From positions 15,314,001 through 15,378,000 of the forward strand of contig NC_086108.1 of the NCBI RefSeq assembly GCF_963921235.1: DNA of 64,000 nucleotides, read 5' to 3'. Numbering within the stretch: position 1 is the stretch's first letter; each line of letters begins with the position of its first letter. Shown in pieces: positions 12,460 to 25,770 of the stretch. The position numbers were made by a program, and so were the translations under genes. The notes under the pieces were generated by a model. It was not told where the DNA came from. It was given only the letters and a program-made list of their open reading frames with translations, and searched no databases. This DNA is from Mobula hypostoma. Lineage: Eukaryota.

Positions 12460-14661
12460 CTACGACCATCAGGCCATATTCCTCCTCCCGGCTTACAAAC
12501 AGAAACTGAAGCAGGAGGTCAAGGTGTCAAAAGTAGTGTTGCGTTGGATGGAGGAAACAGATGAGGTCCTCCGTGACTGCTTTGAGTTGGTGGACTGGTT
12601 AGTATTCAAGGACTCAGCAGCTGACCTCGATGAGTATGCCTCAGCTGTCATGGACTTTATTTGGAAATGCACGGAGGACTGTGTGTCTCGCAAGACGATC
12701 CGGGTATTCCCTAACCGGAAACCTTGGATGAATTATGAGGTCAAGTCCCTTTTAAAGGCTAGAGCTGCGGCTTTTAGGTCAGGAGATACCAGTCGCTACA
12801 CGGAATCCAGGCGTGAAGTCCGGAAAGCCATTAAGGACGCCAAGAGGCAATATGGAGCCAAGTTGGAAGCCCAGGCTAACCAAAGGGATGCCAGTAGACT
12901 ATGGCAGGGTCTAAATGAGATCACTGGGCGCAAAGAAAAGGCTGGGAATATCAATAACTGTGGCGCTTCTCTTCCTGACGAACTTAACATATTCTACGCA
13001 AGATTCGAACAGAAGAGGAGCGTCCTGCTCCCTCCGGATGAACCGGACCTGGTGGCATCGAGATTCATCGTCACTGAGGAGGACGTTAGAAGGGCCTTCC
13101 TGAAGATAAATCCAAGGAATGCGGCGTGCCCAGATGGCATCCCAGGACGGGTTCTCCGGGCCTGTGCAAGCGAGCTAGCTGGAGTGTTTGCTGACATCTT
13201 CAACTGCTCCTTGCTTCAGTCTAAGATCCCCTTGTGTTTTAAGAAGGCAACAATAATCCCAGTGCCGAAGAAGAGCAAGGTGGCATGCCTGAATGACTAT
13301 CGACCTGTGGCTCTGACATCAATTGCTATGAAGTGCTTCGAGAGATTGGTTATGGCACACATCAACCACACCCTACTGGTCAACCTCGACACTTTGCAAT
13401 TCGCCTACCGGAGCAACAGGTCAACGGCAGATGCCATCTCTCTGGCTCTACATTCCTCCTTAGAACACCTGGAGAATAAAGACGCATACATAAGGCTCCT
13501 TTTCATTGACTACGGCTCTGCCGTTAATACCATCACTGATTCCTAAGCTCCGGAACCTGGGCCTTAGCACTCAGATCTGCAGCTGGATCTTCAACTTCCT
13601 CCCAGACGGGATCCAGGCTGTAAAAACAGGGGACAAGCTCTCCTCTACAATCACTCTGAGCACCGGTGCCCCACAAGGCTGTATACTCAGCCCCCTGCTG
13701 TACTCACATGATTGTGTAGCTAAGTTTCCATCAAACTCAATATATAAGTTTGCTGATGACGCAACAATTGTAGGCCGTACCTCGGGTAATGATGAGTTTG
13801 AGTACAGAGAAGAAATTAAGAACCTGGTGGCATGGTGCGAAGACAATAACCTATCCCTCAACGTCAGCAAGATGAAGCAATTGGTTGTTGACTTCAGAAG
13901 GAGTAGCGGACCGCATGACCCAATTTACATCGGTGGCGCGCAAGTGAAACAGGTCAAAAGCTTTAAGTTCCCTGGGGTCAATATCACAAATGACCTGACT
14001 TGGTCCAACCCAGCAGAGTTCACTGCCAAGAAGGCCCACCAGCGCCTTTATTTCCTGAGAAAACTAAAGAAATTTGGCCTGTCCCCTAAAACCCTCACTA
14101 ATTTTTATAGATGCACCGTAGAAAGCATTCTTCTAGAGTGCATCACAACCTGGTATGGAAGTTGTCCTGTCCAAGACCGAAAGAAGCTGCAGAAGATCGT
14201 GAACACGGCGCAGCACATCACACAAACCAATCTTCTGTCCGTGGACTGACTTTACACCGCATGCTGTCGGAGCAGTGCTGCCAGGATAATCAAGGACATG
14301 ACCCACCCAGCCAACACACTTTTCGTCCCTCTTCCCTCCGGGAGAAGGTTCAGGAGCTTGAAGACTCATACGGCCAGACTTGGGAACAGTTTCTTTCCAA
14401 CTGTGATAAGACTGCTGAACGGATCCTGACCGGATCTGGGCTGTACCCTCCAAATATCCGGACCTGCCTCTCAGTTTTTTTGCACTACCTTACTTCCCAT
14501 TTTTCTATTTTCTATTTATGATTTATAATTTAAATTTTTAATGTTTACTAATTTTAACTATTTTTAATATTTTTAATATTTAATGTTTGTAATCCAGAAT
14601 CAAATATCGCTGTGATGATTGTACCAATACCAATTGTTTGGCGACTATAAAGTATAAAGTA
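12460..14661 (+). mobile_element. Rex1/Babar LINE, 5'-truncated, frameshifted RT
   Basis: ORFs 12524..13546 and 13506..14249: CLNDYRPVALTSIAMKCFERLV, LQFAYRSNRSTADAI, GAPQGCILSPLLYS, KFADD; (ATAAAGT)n tail. Confidence 0.92.
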
Positions 14662-14904
14662 ACTCTATCATTACCTAGTTTTTTGAACCTTTTGTAAGTT
14701 TTTCTTTTCTTCTTGACTAGATTTTCTACAGCCTTTGTGCACCATGGTTCCTGTACCTTACCATCTTTTCCCTGTTTCATTGGAATGCCATGCAAATATC
14801 CCCTGAACATTTGCCACGTTTCTGCCATGCATCCTATCCCTCTCCAATGCTATGGTAAAGGAGATAGAATTGTGATCACTATCTCCAAAATGCTCTCCTA
14901 CTGA

Positions 14905-15352
14905 AGGCTGATTTATACTTGTGTGTACCAGCTTACGCCATAGCCTATGCAAGTGGGCTACGCCGTTGTGAGCATTTATACTTGTGCGTTGGTGTGTCTG
15001 CGTTGCTTTGCAGTTCGGGCACGTACACGCATGCGCACACACCTGCCCGTACGAGGCTTCATGGTGATGGTAGTGTTTTTCGGGGTAAACAAGTTTAAGC
15101 GAGCGTCTTTTTTTGTAAAAGCAAAACGTGTCCTCCATAATTTCGGAGGTCTGTAAAGCTTTATGGAAAGCATTGCAGCCAGAGTATCTTCCCTGCTCTT
15201 CAGTCACTGGATGGGAAGCTACTGCAGCGTAGGAGGAAATGCGAGGCTACCAAGCGGACCAATCACAGTTGTTGCGGTCTGCGTTGCCGCGACGCGTAGT
15301 TACATTTTGGGAGAGGTGCGCATCAGGCTATGGTGTAGAGATCCGCGTAGAC
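14905..15352. mobile_element. Partial non-autonomous DNA transposon (possibly PIF/Harbinger-like)
   Basis: CpG-rich block starting GGCTGATTTATACTTGTG, with an internal repeat of ATTTATACTTGTG (~14974). Second terminus not found. Confidence 0.4.
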
Positions 15353-16200
15353 ACTGCCAATATGTAGATCAGAGGCGACGCAATTGGCAATCGCCTCTGA
15401 TCTGGGTTGACATTTACGTGCCGGGCGGCACCTAATTAATTAGCTTGTTTATTTCAGCTTTTTTCTTAAAGATATGTTGGGTGCGTCCCAGCTACTGCTG
15501 CATTCTCCGCGGTAATGTATCGGTCGGCAGCCCAGGGGTTAGGGTGGTGGGACACTGGGGTGTCTCTCATCGTCTTCTGTTTCCATCAGGGCAGGCAGGT
15601 TGTCTTCTTTGTCTGCCTGCCTCGATGTCGAAGGTTGAGGTTCGTCATCTGCTGTGGCTGATGTGGAAGGCTAGCTTGACTGCTTAGCCTCGTGCATTTT
15701 TGTATCATCTCATGCAGTTGCTTCATGTTCAGTTCCTGGACAACTTCACTCTCGGTCCGTTCACTACTGCATTCTCTTTCAATTGTTATCCTTTCCTTCC
15801 AATTGCATCAGCTGTTCATCTATCAGTTCTTGGTCATGGGATGCCAAAACCTCTTCAAAATCAGCTTCGTCAACTTCCACAAGCCAAACTCACTTTGTTC
15901 TTACTTCGTTCACCACGATTGAAACGCTTAATTATGTCTAGAATTACGCTAAGTGTAACACCCTTACGAGCTCTTTTAGGCTTTTCCGATACCTTAGAAC
16001 TCATCTTGCTAACGGCTGCTCAGAGGCACGTGTTTAAGTAATGCCGGCTAGAATGCAGTTCCAGGGGGAGGAGCTTGGCTGCTCGGGGCGTGCGCTTTCT
16101 TTTTTTTCGTAACAATGAAAACACCTTCTGTTAGCGAAAACAGGTCTTTTGTAACAGCGAGGTTTCATAAAGTGAACGTTCGAAATGCGGGGGACACCTG
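15353..16200 (-). mobile_element. Tigger/pogo-like DNA transposon remnant
   Basis: Ends GGGGGACACCTG|TA (16200). The minus strand from 16004 reads MSSKVSEKPKRARKGVTLSVILDIIKRFNRGERSK, a CENP-B/Tigger-type N-terminal HTH. Left boundary approximate. Confidence 0.65.
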
Positions 16201-17829
16201 TACTTAATGCTGCACTTTGTTAAAAGCTGCTCTGTTGCCATGGCAGTTGCTCTTCCTTCACTTGTGGAATTCAGCTCTTTGGTTCATCTTTGGACTAAGG
16301 CTGTGATGAGCTGTGCAACCAAGTGGTGCAAGTAAATCCCAAAGTGAGCATTGGTGTGCAGGTTATCAGGGAGTAAGTTCCAGTTGTTAGCATTGTCAAC
16401 AATACTTTTCATCACCAAAAAGCAAACTGCCTGAGTAACTCAATGCATTAGACAGTATTTGTAGAGGCAAAGGGATAGTTGATGTTTTGGGCTGAGCCCC
16501 AACATCAGGATCCATCACTTCCATCACTTTAAATGACCTGAGTAAGCAGCAGTTAGCCAGATTCGATTTGTTCTGCTATTAGTGGAAGGGATATTGTTGG
16601 GTTGTTTTCCATATTGTTGGGTAGTGTTGCATTTATATTGGGACAAATTGGCTGGAGGGTTGGAAGCTTTTGGAGTTCAATTCACAATACCACAGCTGGG
16701 AGAGAAGATTTTCACAAAGCAGCTATGTGGTCAAAATATGGAATAGGCAGAGTTGAGGCAAGCTTTGAAATGTGTCTGTTCCAATTGGTGGCTTCATTCC
16801 AGTTTGTTTCAATATTGTATGTGGCATGGATTGTGTTGAAGTGAGCAACTAAATTTTTGGAAATATTTATTTGCTTTTAATTTCTTTGTGCTTCAAGTTA
16901 ATAATGAAATGAAATAATTATTGGAAGTACCTTGATTATATAGGAATTACCATTGTTCATCTTTTTGATTAGTAATTTTTCTGTGGTTGATCAAATGTTA
17001 TCTGTTTAAGACTTCTATATTGGGACAACTTGGCTGGATGCTTGGAAGCTTCTGGATTTCAACTCTACAGCTCTGTGGTCAAAATATGGAATATTGACCA
17101 CATTGCGTGAATCTTATTGAACAACTGGCTGCAGTTCTGAAAATAGCATGTACTTTTTTGAATTATCAACTGTGTATTAGTCTGCAGCATCAGTCCAAAT
17201 TTTCCTTAAACTGAGAACTCAATGTGAACAGCCTAATAAAAATTGACTTTGTGTGGTCATTTGTGAGTTCAGAATGGCTGCATTTTTTAAAATATGTGTG
17301 CAGTAAAACAGATTGAATTGTCATGCATGATTTAATTTTGTACTAAGCTATGACTTTCAAAAAACATGCTGTAATGGCTATTTTGCTGTGTTTGCTTTTT
17401 CAAAATCAATGGCAGTAAACACTGATCTTTGCTGTTTTGGGGAGTGTTTTGAGGTTATTGAATTATATGGTGCCTGTTTTGGCCCTTTGGCAAAGCTGTG
17501 GAACTTGTCCCACGCTCTTGTTTTTCCATCATCTTGAAAAGTTCCCTGTTAGAATTTGGCAGCTTTATTTGGAGGCAGAATTGAGCTGGTTATTTTAAGA
17601 AATAAAATATATATATTACTATAAAATAAAGTTGGATAATGGAATTGAATTTCAAACAGTTTTAGTTTTTGTGGATGTATAGGTATTTATTAAAGTTTAA
17701 TCAGTTTTGAAATTCACACCCAGCAATGCTAACACACAAAAAATTAATTAAAATTTTGAAAGACAGGTAAAAGGAGTGGAAGTACAAGTCTGAGAACTGT
17801 GTATCAAAGTGCACAATCTGGGTGACAAT

Positions 17830-18480
17830 TGGAAACCATGAAATCTAGGTCTGCCCCATTCAAATCAGGTGACTCTGTCCTTTATAAGAAATCAAAATTG
17901 ACCTTCGTAGAACCATGCTGAGAGACAGTCCCAGTCCAGCTGTCAGTTGTGGCAGGGTCTACATACTATAATGGGTTACAAAATAAAGTTGGACAGCATT
18001 GCCAACAACAGCACATTCCTTCCCGATGCATTTAACACATTCTATTCATGTTTTGAACAGAAGGGAATTGGTAGGTCACCACCCATCCTAACAGTCTCTC
18101 GTGCACCTGAATTTATTGTCATTGTCATGGGAGTAAGATCAGTCTGAAGGTTGACCCTGTGAAAAACATTGCGCCTGGATGGTGTTCCTGACTGTTCACT
18201 TAGATCCTGTGTGGATCATCTGGCAGCTTGTATTTGCAAACATTCTTAACTCCCTGCTGCAGGCCGTGGTTCCCTTCGGCTTTAAGAAGATCACTATCAT
18301 ACTAATACCCAAGTAAGACAAGGTAATGAATACTGCCCAGTGATTCTGACATCTACTGTCATGAAGTGCTTCGAAGGGGTGGTCATGACATGCATCATCT
18401 CTAGCATTCTACACAACCTTGTGCTACTGCAATTTGCCTGCTGTTGAAATAAGTGGATACCATCTTCCTGACCCTACAAT
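17830..18480 (+). mobile_element. Decayed Rex1/Babar RT fragment
   Basis: WQGLHTIMGYK...LPDAFNTFYSCFE and ATGAAGTGCTTCGA, homologous to 12900-13450. Confidence 0.75.
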
Positions 18481-19999
18481 GTGAAATAGGTGTATGTTGA
18501 CAATTTTGGTTGAGGAGGATGATCCCGATGCAAGTTCTCAATCAAATCAATTTACACCTTTTGCCTCTACAGATGCTGCTCAACCCACTGAGTTCTTCTG
18601 GTGTTTAATTTTTGTTTCAGATTACAGCATCTGCAGGATTTTTTTTGTTTTCATTGTTTTCATCTGCAATTCTGTGAGTACAAGTGAAATAGGCTGTCAA
18701 AAAAATGCAAATTAATACACAGTGCTGGAAACACCCAGTGGATGAGGGGACATCTTTTGGAAGAGAAATAGAGTTTATGTTTAAAGTCAAAGATCCTGTC
18801 TGACCTGCTGGGTGTTCCCAGCATTTCAGCATTTTCTGGGTTTTTTTTGCAACGGGTTGTTTTCCTGTAAGAAAACAGTCCTAGTTTAAATACCATTCTC
18901 CAGATGTCGACGTGGAGGACTGTGCTAGGTCAGTTTTGATGCCAGCACAAAGATTGATGCACCTTGGTGTGTTGTTTAAGCATTTATTTGAAGAGGACAA
19001 TTCATAGCTACATTGTTGTAGGAAGATTGGGCAGAAATTTTCTCCATTGTGTGGTGTCATGAGTGAGCAGGTTATCTACATCACAGTAAAACCATGAACA
19101 TCTAGTATCTTCATGTTCACCATTATGGAGATTAACTAATCCACTTAGTTAACTAAATTTGAATTCTACAGCTACTGTCATGGGTTTTGAATTACTATTA
19201 TTGCTAGACTGTTGGGTTGAATTTACTAATTCTGACTTTGGTATTTGTTATGCCCGCCACAAAACAAATTTCACCATTAATGTGAGAGACAATAAACCTG
19301 ATTCTGATTCCTATTCTAATTAGCCTTATAGTACTAATCTGGATTGCTAATGAATTTCCATTGATTTCAGTTTTGATATTTTCACAAGTTCAAGCATAAA
19401 AAGCCTTTCACGGAATTTGTTCCAGATCTACCATTCCCCTTTAATTTCGATATCTTGCTGCTTGTTTGGATTCATCCATCTGAGCAAAGATTATTTTATT
19501 TAAAACATCCTCAACTATGCAAACCTGGAACAAGCGAAGTGTATGGTACATTCCCTCAAATTTGAAACTTTTAAGACTTAATATTTCTTTGTGATCGAAG
19601 TGTTGGGTGAGGCTTTGAAGAACAAGCTGCAAACAAACATCTTGGAGTGGAGTTCTGGGGGTGGATGCAAGCTGAGGCAGTGCACCAGGAGTGGAAGGAT
19701 AAGGCTGAATGCTGATTATTGCACAGTGATGCTGTTTTTGTAACACGGAAGTAGGATACTGAGCCCAGTTTATGCTGTAATTGAGGCACCCTTCATCACA
19801 TCAATGTATCCTTCCAGGTTCTGCTAGCTACCTAAGTCATGTGAGTGGGATACACATTTTAAATACTGAGGTAAAGTGGCTTCTCTTGAATTTTGTATCT
19901 GATTTATTAATAGCAATGAATTTATGACCCCTAATTCTGTTGTGGAGTGCCGGCTGAAATAATGTCTAACTTATCAAATTTTCCATAAAATGTCATAAA

Positions 20000-20275
20000 A
20001 ATGGTTAGCACGTCACCATTACAGTTCGGGGCATCAGAGTTCGTGTTTCAGTTCCGGCATCCTCTATAAGAAAGTGTGAATGTTCTTCCCGTGTGTGCAT
20101 GAGTTTCCTCCGGTTACTGCGGTTTCCTTCCACAGTCTACAGATGTACTGGTTAGTAGGTTAATTATTCATTGTAAATTGTCCTGTGATTAGGCTAGGGT
20201 TAAATAGGTGGGTTGTTGGGCGGTGCAGCTACTTGGAGGGGCCTGTTCTGTGCTGTATTGCTAGATAAAACAAAA
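20000..20275 (+). mobile_element. V-SINE (HE1-like) tRNA-derived SINE
   Basis: V-domain-like TTCCCGTGTGTGCATGAGTTTCCTCCGGTTACTGCGGTTTCCTTCCACAGTC; similar to 38670-38865. Confidence 0.75.
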
Positions 20276-20807
20276 TATAACTCAGCAGAATCACTCCCTG
20301 CCTTTCATGTTGTTCAACTGAGGTTCTCTAGGAGTTGAATATAAGTCCTGTGCCTTTCAAATGAGTTCTCTGGAAGTGAATCCCAGTACTTGGGCTTTTT
20401 ATAGCTTGATATGTGTCCTTGCTCCTAATGATGTGAGTTCATACCCCCATGTTCCTCTTTAATATTTGGATATTTTTCAAGGAGTGTGTGACCCCCTTAT
20501 TCCTCTTTAAAGTGTGCCAATTTGTGCTTAATCTGAAGTTTATTGGCTAATTTTTTCACCAGAGCAAATTTATTTATGGTTTCCCACTTCTTTTGTAATA
20601 AAATCACCAATGTACCACTACCATTCTTTCAGCTAACTTTTCAATGCCACATTTAGAAGGGGAAGCAAGTTAATTTATTTTAATCCTGTTACTCATAGTT
20701 TCTTTAATGTGTTGCTGTCATATACACCATTCAAACTGTGTTTAGAACATTAGATGGAAACGAGGCAAGTATTAATTTGCTCTTGTTTGAATGGAAAAAG
20801 TTGCATG

Positions 20808-21027
20808 TAGTCATAGTCATACTTTATTGATCCTGGGGGAAATTGGTTTTCGTTACAGTTGCACCATAAATAATTTTAAATAGTAATAAAACCATAAATA
20901 ATTAAATAGTAATATGTAAATTATGCCAGGAAATAAGACCAGGACCAGCCTATTGGCTCAGGGTGTCTGACCTTCCAAGGGAGGAGTTGTAAAGTTTGAT
21001 GGCCACAGGCAGGAATGACTTCCTGTG
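20808..21027 (-). mobile_element. Rex1-type 3' end, same family as 11305-11792
   Basis: Reverse complement of ~11575-11790, including the tail. Confidence 0.85.
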
Positions 21028-21465
21028 TACTCTATTCATTAATTACAAGGCAACTTGTTTTGTTTGTGGAATGGTAGGGCTAGCACACAGAACAGGCACA
21101 TTGTTTGTCTTAAACCAGCGATCACATCAATTAGTCCATTGACAATTTAACCCAATTCTCGATATATAAAAGATGGAAAGAGAAGGTTACTTGGCTATTC
21201 AAACCTATCCTGTCACTTAGTAAAATCCAAAAGCTTTTGTCAGGCTTGAATGTATGTACTATTCTAGCTCTCCCGTATTGCCAGATTAGTGCATTCCTCA
21301 TTCCCCACTGAGGCAAAGTGATAGCTGAAGGGAAAAGGGGGAAGTTTAGACAGTAAATAAAGCTGCTCTTTTAATGTTTGGCCCCATTAGCTTTCTAAAC
21401 TGTCGTATTTACAGAGGCTGTCTTTTCTATTTAGGTGGTATAATGCCGCTTGATCCTGCCTATCA

Positions 21466-22475
21466 TACCATAAGACATAGGAGCAGAATTAGGCCATTTG
21501 GCCCATCGAGTCTGCACCACCATTTCATCGTTACTCATCCAATTTTCTTCTTAGCCCCAATCTCCAGCCTTCTCTCTGAATCCCTTCATGCCCTGACCAA
21601 TCAAGAATGTATCAACCTCTGCCAAATATACATAAAGATTTGTCATCCACAGCTGCCTGTGGCAAAGAATTCCACAGATTCACCACTCTCTGGCTCAAGA
21701 AATTTCTCCTCATCTCCATTCTAAAAGGATGCACCTCTATTCTGAGACTATGTCCTCTGGCCTTAGACTCTCTCATCATAGGAAGTATCCACTCTATCAA
21801 GACATTTCACCATTTGATGGGCTTCATTGCAGTAACCTTTCATTCTTCTGAATTCAAGTGAATACAGACCCAGAACCATCTTGACATGACAAGCCATTCA
21901 ATCCTGGAATCATTTTCGTGAACCTTCTTTGAATCCCCTCCAGATTCAGCACATCCTTTCTAAGATAAGGGGCCCAAATCTGCCCATAATACTCCAAGTG
22001 AGGCCTCACTGGTACTTTATAAAGTCTTAACATTACATCCTTGCCCTTGTATTCTATTCCTTAAAGTGAATGCTAACATCACATTTGTCTTTCTCATCTC
22101 ACCACAGGCTCAACCTGCAAAGTAACCTTTAGAGAATCCTGCACAAGGACTCCCAAGTCCCTTTACATCTCAGTTTTTTTTTGTATTTTCTCTGCACTTA
22201 GAAGATAGTCTACCTTTCATTTCTTCTACTAATGTGCGTGACCATACACTTCCCGATACTCTATTTCATCTGCCACTTTACCCATTCTCCTAATCTGTCG
22301 AAGTCCTTCTGTTGTCCTATACTTCCTCAATGCCTGTCTTCATGTTGCCTGCAAACTTTGCAACAAAGTCATTAATTCCATAATCCAAATCATTGACATG
22401 TAACATAAAAATATTCAGTCCCAACACAGACCCCTGTGGAACACCATTCATCACTGGCAGCCAACCAGCAAAGGC
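21466..22475 (-). mobile_element. CR1 LINE 3' portion, older subfamily
   Basis: RGHSLRIEVHPFRMEMRRNFLSQRVVNLWNSLP; GVPQGSVLG-like sequence at 22420-22445. Confidence 0.85.
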
Positions 22476-23054
22476 TGCATATTCATTATGTGTAAATGAG
22501 GCTTTTCACTAAGTGCTCACAAGTGCACAAACAGGAATAGGCCATAAGGTAATAAGGTGTTTTTATCTGCTCTAACAAATTTTCAGTTCTGCACCACTTC
22601 CCTACACTAACCGGGTCAGACAGCATCTATAGAGGGCAATGGACAGTCAATGTTTTGGATCAGTGCAGATATATGGTCTCAATCCAATACATCAACTGTC
22701 CACTTCCCTCCATTGAGACTGAGTTCCTCCGGCGCCTTGTGTGTTGTTCCAGATCCCAGTCTCTTGAATCTCCCTGCCATAATGCTTGATTTTCTCCAAT
22801 AATTAAAAATCTGTTCCTTCCTGCCTTGAATATATGTAATGACTGAGCATCTGCAGCATCTTGGGTAGTGATTCAGCATCCTTTAGGTGAATGTGAGTTT
22901 TCTTAATTCCAGTCCTGAATGATGAACCTCTTAGTTTCAAATTATAATCCTTGGTTCTAGACACCCAGCAAGGAAAATTAATCAGTTCCTCATCTATCCC
23001 ATCAGGCTTGTAAAAGTGTAGTATATTCCAGCATTTCATTCTACTGAACTCTAT

Positions 23055-25289
23055 TGCTCTCCACTCCCTCCGTACTAATCCTAACATTATTATTAAACCC
23101 GCTGATAAAGGGGGTGCTGTTGTAGTCTGGCGTACTGACCTCTACCTTGCCGAGGCAGAGCGACAACTCGCGGATACCTCCTCTTATTTACCCCTCGATC
23201 GTGACCCCACTAAGGAGCACCAGGCCATTGTCTCCCACACTATCAACGACTTTATCCGCTCAGGGGATCTCCCATCCACTGCTACCAACCTTATAGTTCC
23301 CACACCCCGCACTTCCCGTTTCTACCTCCTAGCCAAGATCCACAAACCTGCCTGTCCTGGCCGACCTATTGTCTCAGCTTGCTCCTGCCCCACCGAACTC
23401 GTTTCTGCATACCTCGACACTGTTTTATCACCCCTTGTTCAATCCCTTCCGACCTATGTTCGTGACACTTCTCACGCTCTTAAACTTTTCGATGATTTTA
23501 AGTTCCCTGGCCCCCACCGCTTTATTTTCACCATGGATGTCCAGTCCCTATATACTTCCATCCCCCATCAGGAAGGTCTCAAAGCTCTACGCTTCTTTTT
23601 GGATTCCAGACCTAATCAGTTCCCCTCTACCACCACTCTGCTCCGTCTAGCAGAATTAGTCCTTACTCTTAATAATTTCTCCTTTTGCTCCTCCCATTTC
23701 CTCCAAACTAAAGGTGTAGCTATGGGCACCCGTATGGGTCCTAGCTATGCCTGCCTTTTTGTTGGGTTTGTGGAACAATCTATGTTCCGTGCCTATTCTG
23801 GTATCTGTCCCCCACTTTTCCTTCGCTACATCGACGACTGCATTGGCGCTGCTTCCTGCACGCATGCAGAACTCGTTGACTTTATTAACTTTGCCTCCAA
23901 CTTTCACCCTGCCCTCAAGTTTACCTGGTCCATTTCCGAGCTCTGGAGACAGCTTATCCACTGATGTCTACTATAAGCCTACTGACTCTCACAGCTATCT
24001 GGACTATTCCTCTTCTCACCCTGTCTCTTGCAAAAACGCCATCCCCTTCTCGCAATTCCTCCGTCTCCGCCGCATCTGCTCTCAGGATGAGGCTTTCCAT
24101 TCTAGGACGAGGGAGATGTCTTCATTTTTTAAAGAAAGGGGCTTCCCTTCCTCCACTATCAACTCTGCTCTTAAACGCATCTCCCCCATTTCACGTACAT
24201 CTGCTCTCACTCCATCCTCCCACCACCCCACTAGAAATAGGGTTCCCCCGGTCCTCACCTACCACCCCACCAGCCTCCGGGTCCAACATATTATTCTCCG
24301 TAACTTCCGCCACCTCCAACGGGATCCCACCACTAAGCATATCTTTCCCTCCCCCCCTCTCTCTGCATTCCGCAGGGATCGCTCCCTACACAACTCCCTT
24401 GTCCATTCGTCCCCCCCATCCCTCCCCACTGATCTCCCTCCTGGCACTTATCCGTGTAAGCGGAACAAGTGCTACACATGCCCTTACACTTCCTCCCTTA
24501 CCACCATTCAGGGCCCCAAACAGTCCTTCCAGGTGAGGCATCACTTCACCTGTGAGTCGACTGGGGTGATATACTGCGTCCGGTGCTCCCGATGTGGCCT
24601 TTTATATATTGGTGAGACCCGACGCAGACTGGGAGACCGCTTTGCTGAACATCTACGCTCTGTCCGCCAGAGAAAGCAGGATCTCCCAGTGGCCACACAT
24701 TTTAATTCCACATCCCATTCCCATTCTGACATGTCTATCCACGGCCTCCTCTACTGTAAAGATGAAGCCACACTCAGGTTGGAGGAACAACACCTTATAT
24801 TCCGTATGGGTAGCCTCCAACCTGATGGCATGAACATTGACTTCTCTAACTTCCGCTAGGCCCCACCTCCCCCTCGTACCCCATCTGTTACTCTTTTTTA
24901 TGCACACATTCTTTCTCTCACTCTCCTTTTTCTCCCTCTGTCCCTCTGAATATACCTCTTGCCCATCCTCTGGGTCACCCCCCCCCCCCCGTCTTTCTTC
25001 CCGGACCTCCTGTCCCATGATCCTCTCGTATCCCCTTTTGCCTATCACCTGTCCAGCTCTCGGCTCTATCCTTCCCCCTCCTGTCTTCTCCTATCATTTT
25101 GCATCTCCCCCTCCCCCTCCAGCTTTCAAATCCCTTACTCACTCTTCCTTCAGTTAGTCCTGACGAAGGGTCTCGGCCTGAAACGTCGACTGCGCCTCTT
25201 CCTATAGATGCTGCCTGGCCTGCTGCGTTCACCAGCAACTTTGATGTGTGTTGCTTGAATTTCCAGCATCTGCAGAATTCCTGTTCTGA
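23055..25289 (+). mobile_element. Penelope-like element (Neptune-like), 5'-truncated, RT + Cys-rich linker + GIY-YIG, one internal deletion
   Basis: Open frame IIKPADKGGAVVVW...KIHK...GRPIVS...MDVQSLYTSI...GVAMGTRMGPSYA...RYIDD to ~23938. A shifted frame then reads VYYKPTD...CKRNKCYTC...VIYCVRCSRCGLLYIGET...MNIDFSNFR* (24859). TSD ACTGAACTCTAT at 23043-23054 and 25290-25301. Confidence 0.95.
25156..25191 (+). ncRNA. Minimal type I hammerhead ribozyme motif in the PLE tail
   Basis: AGTC-CTGACGA-AGGGTCTCGGCCT-GAAAC-GTC-GACT: stem I AGUC/GACU, core CUGANGA and GAAA, a short stem II, GUC cleavage triplet and palindromic ACGU in place of stem III. Confidence 0.75.
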
Positions 25290-25770
25290 ACTGAACTCTA
25301 TGCCTGGTCTGCTTAATCTTTCCTCTTAGGACAGATCTGCCATTTTAAGAGTCATTCTGGCAAAGCTAATTGCACTTCCTCTTTTGCAAGTTTAGAGAGA
25401 CCAGATATTCTAGGCCCAGTCTCAGTAATGCTTTTTTTATTACTGCAGTAAGATGTCTTTAGTCTTGAACTTAAATCTCCTTGCAATAAAGGCCAACATA
25501 TAGTTTATCTCCCTAATTATTTCCCTGCATGTTAACTTTCAGTGATTTATTTGTAGGGACACCCATATCCTGCACCCAGACATCAACATCTTTCAATCAT
25601 TTTACCATTTAAGAAATACTCCATATTTTTATTTTTATTTAATCAATGGGGATGTCCCCTCCTTTAGTGTTACATTTAACCTGCCACATCCTCATCCATT
25701 GACTTTATCTAATTGTACCCCTCTTGAGCTCAATCATCAGGCTCTTGGACAAAGGGGATAACTACACTCA

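Larger units (their letters stand above)
10069..14900 (-). mobile_element. CR1 LINE ORF2, fragmented and interrupted by two Rex1-type insertions
   Basis: GVPQGSVLGPLLFVIFINDL, KFADDTK and RPHLEYCAQF on the minus strand; tail at 10069-10088. CR1 sequence resumes at ~11796-12455 and ~14662-14900. Confidence 0.92.

Noticed and set aside
15365..15405. Hairpin AGATCAGAGGCGA...TCGCCTCTGATCT as miRNA or terminator
   Set aside because: Too short for a pre-miRNA and lies within a DNA transposon remnant.
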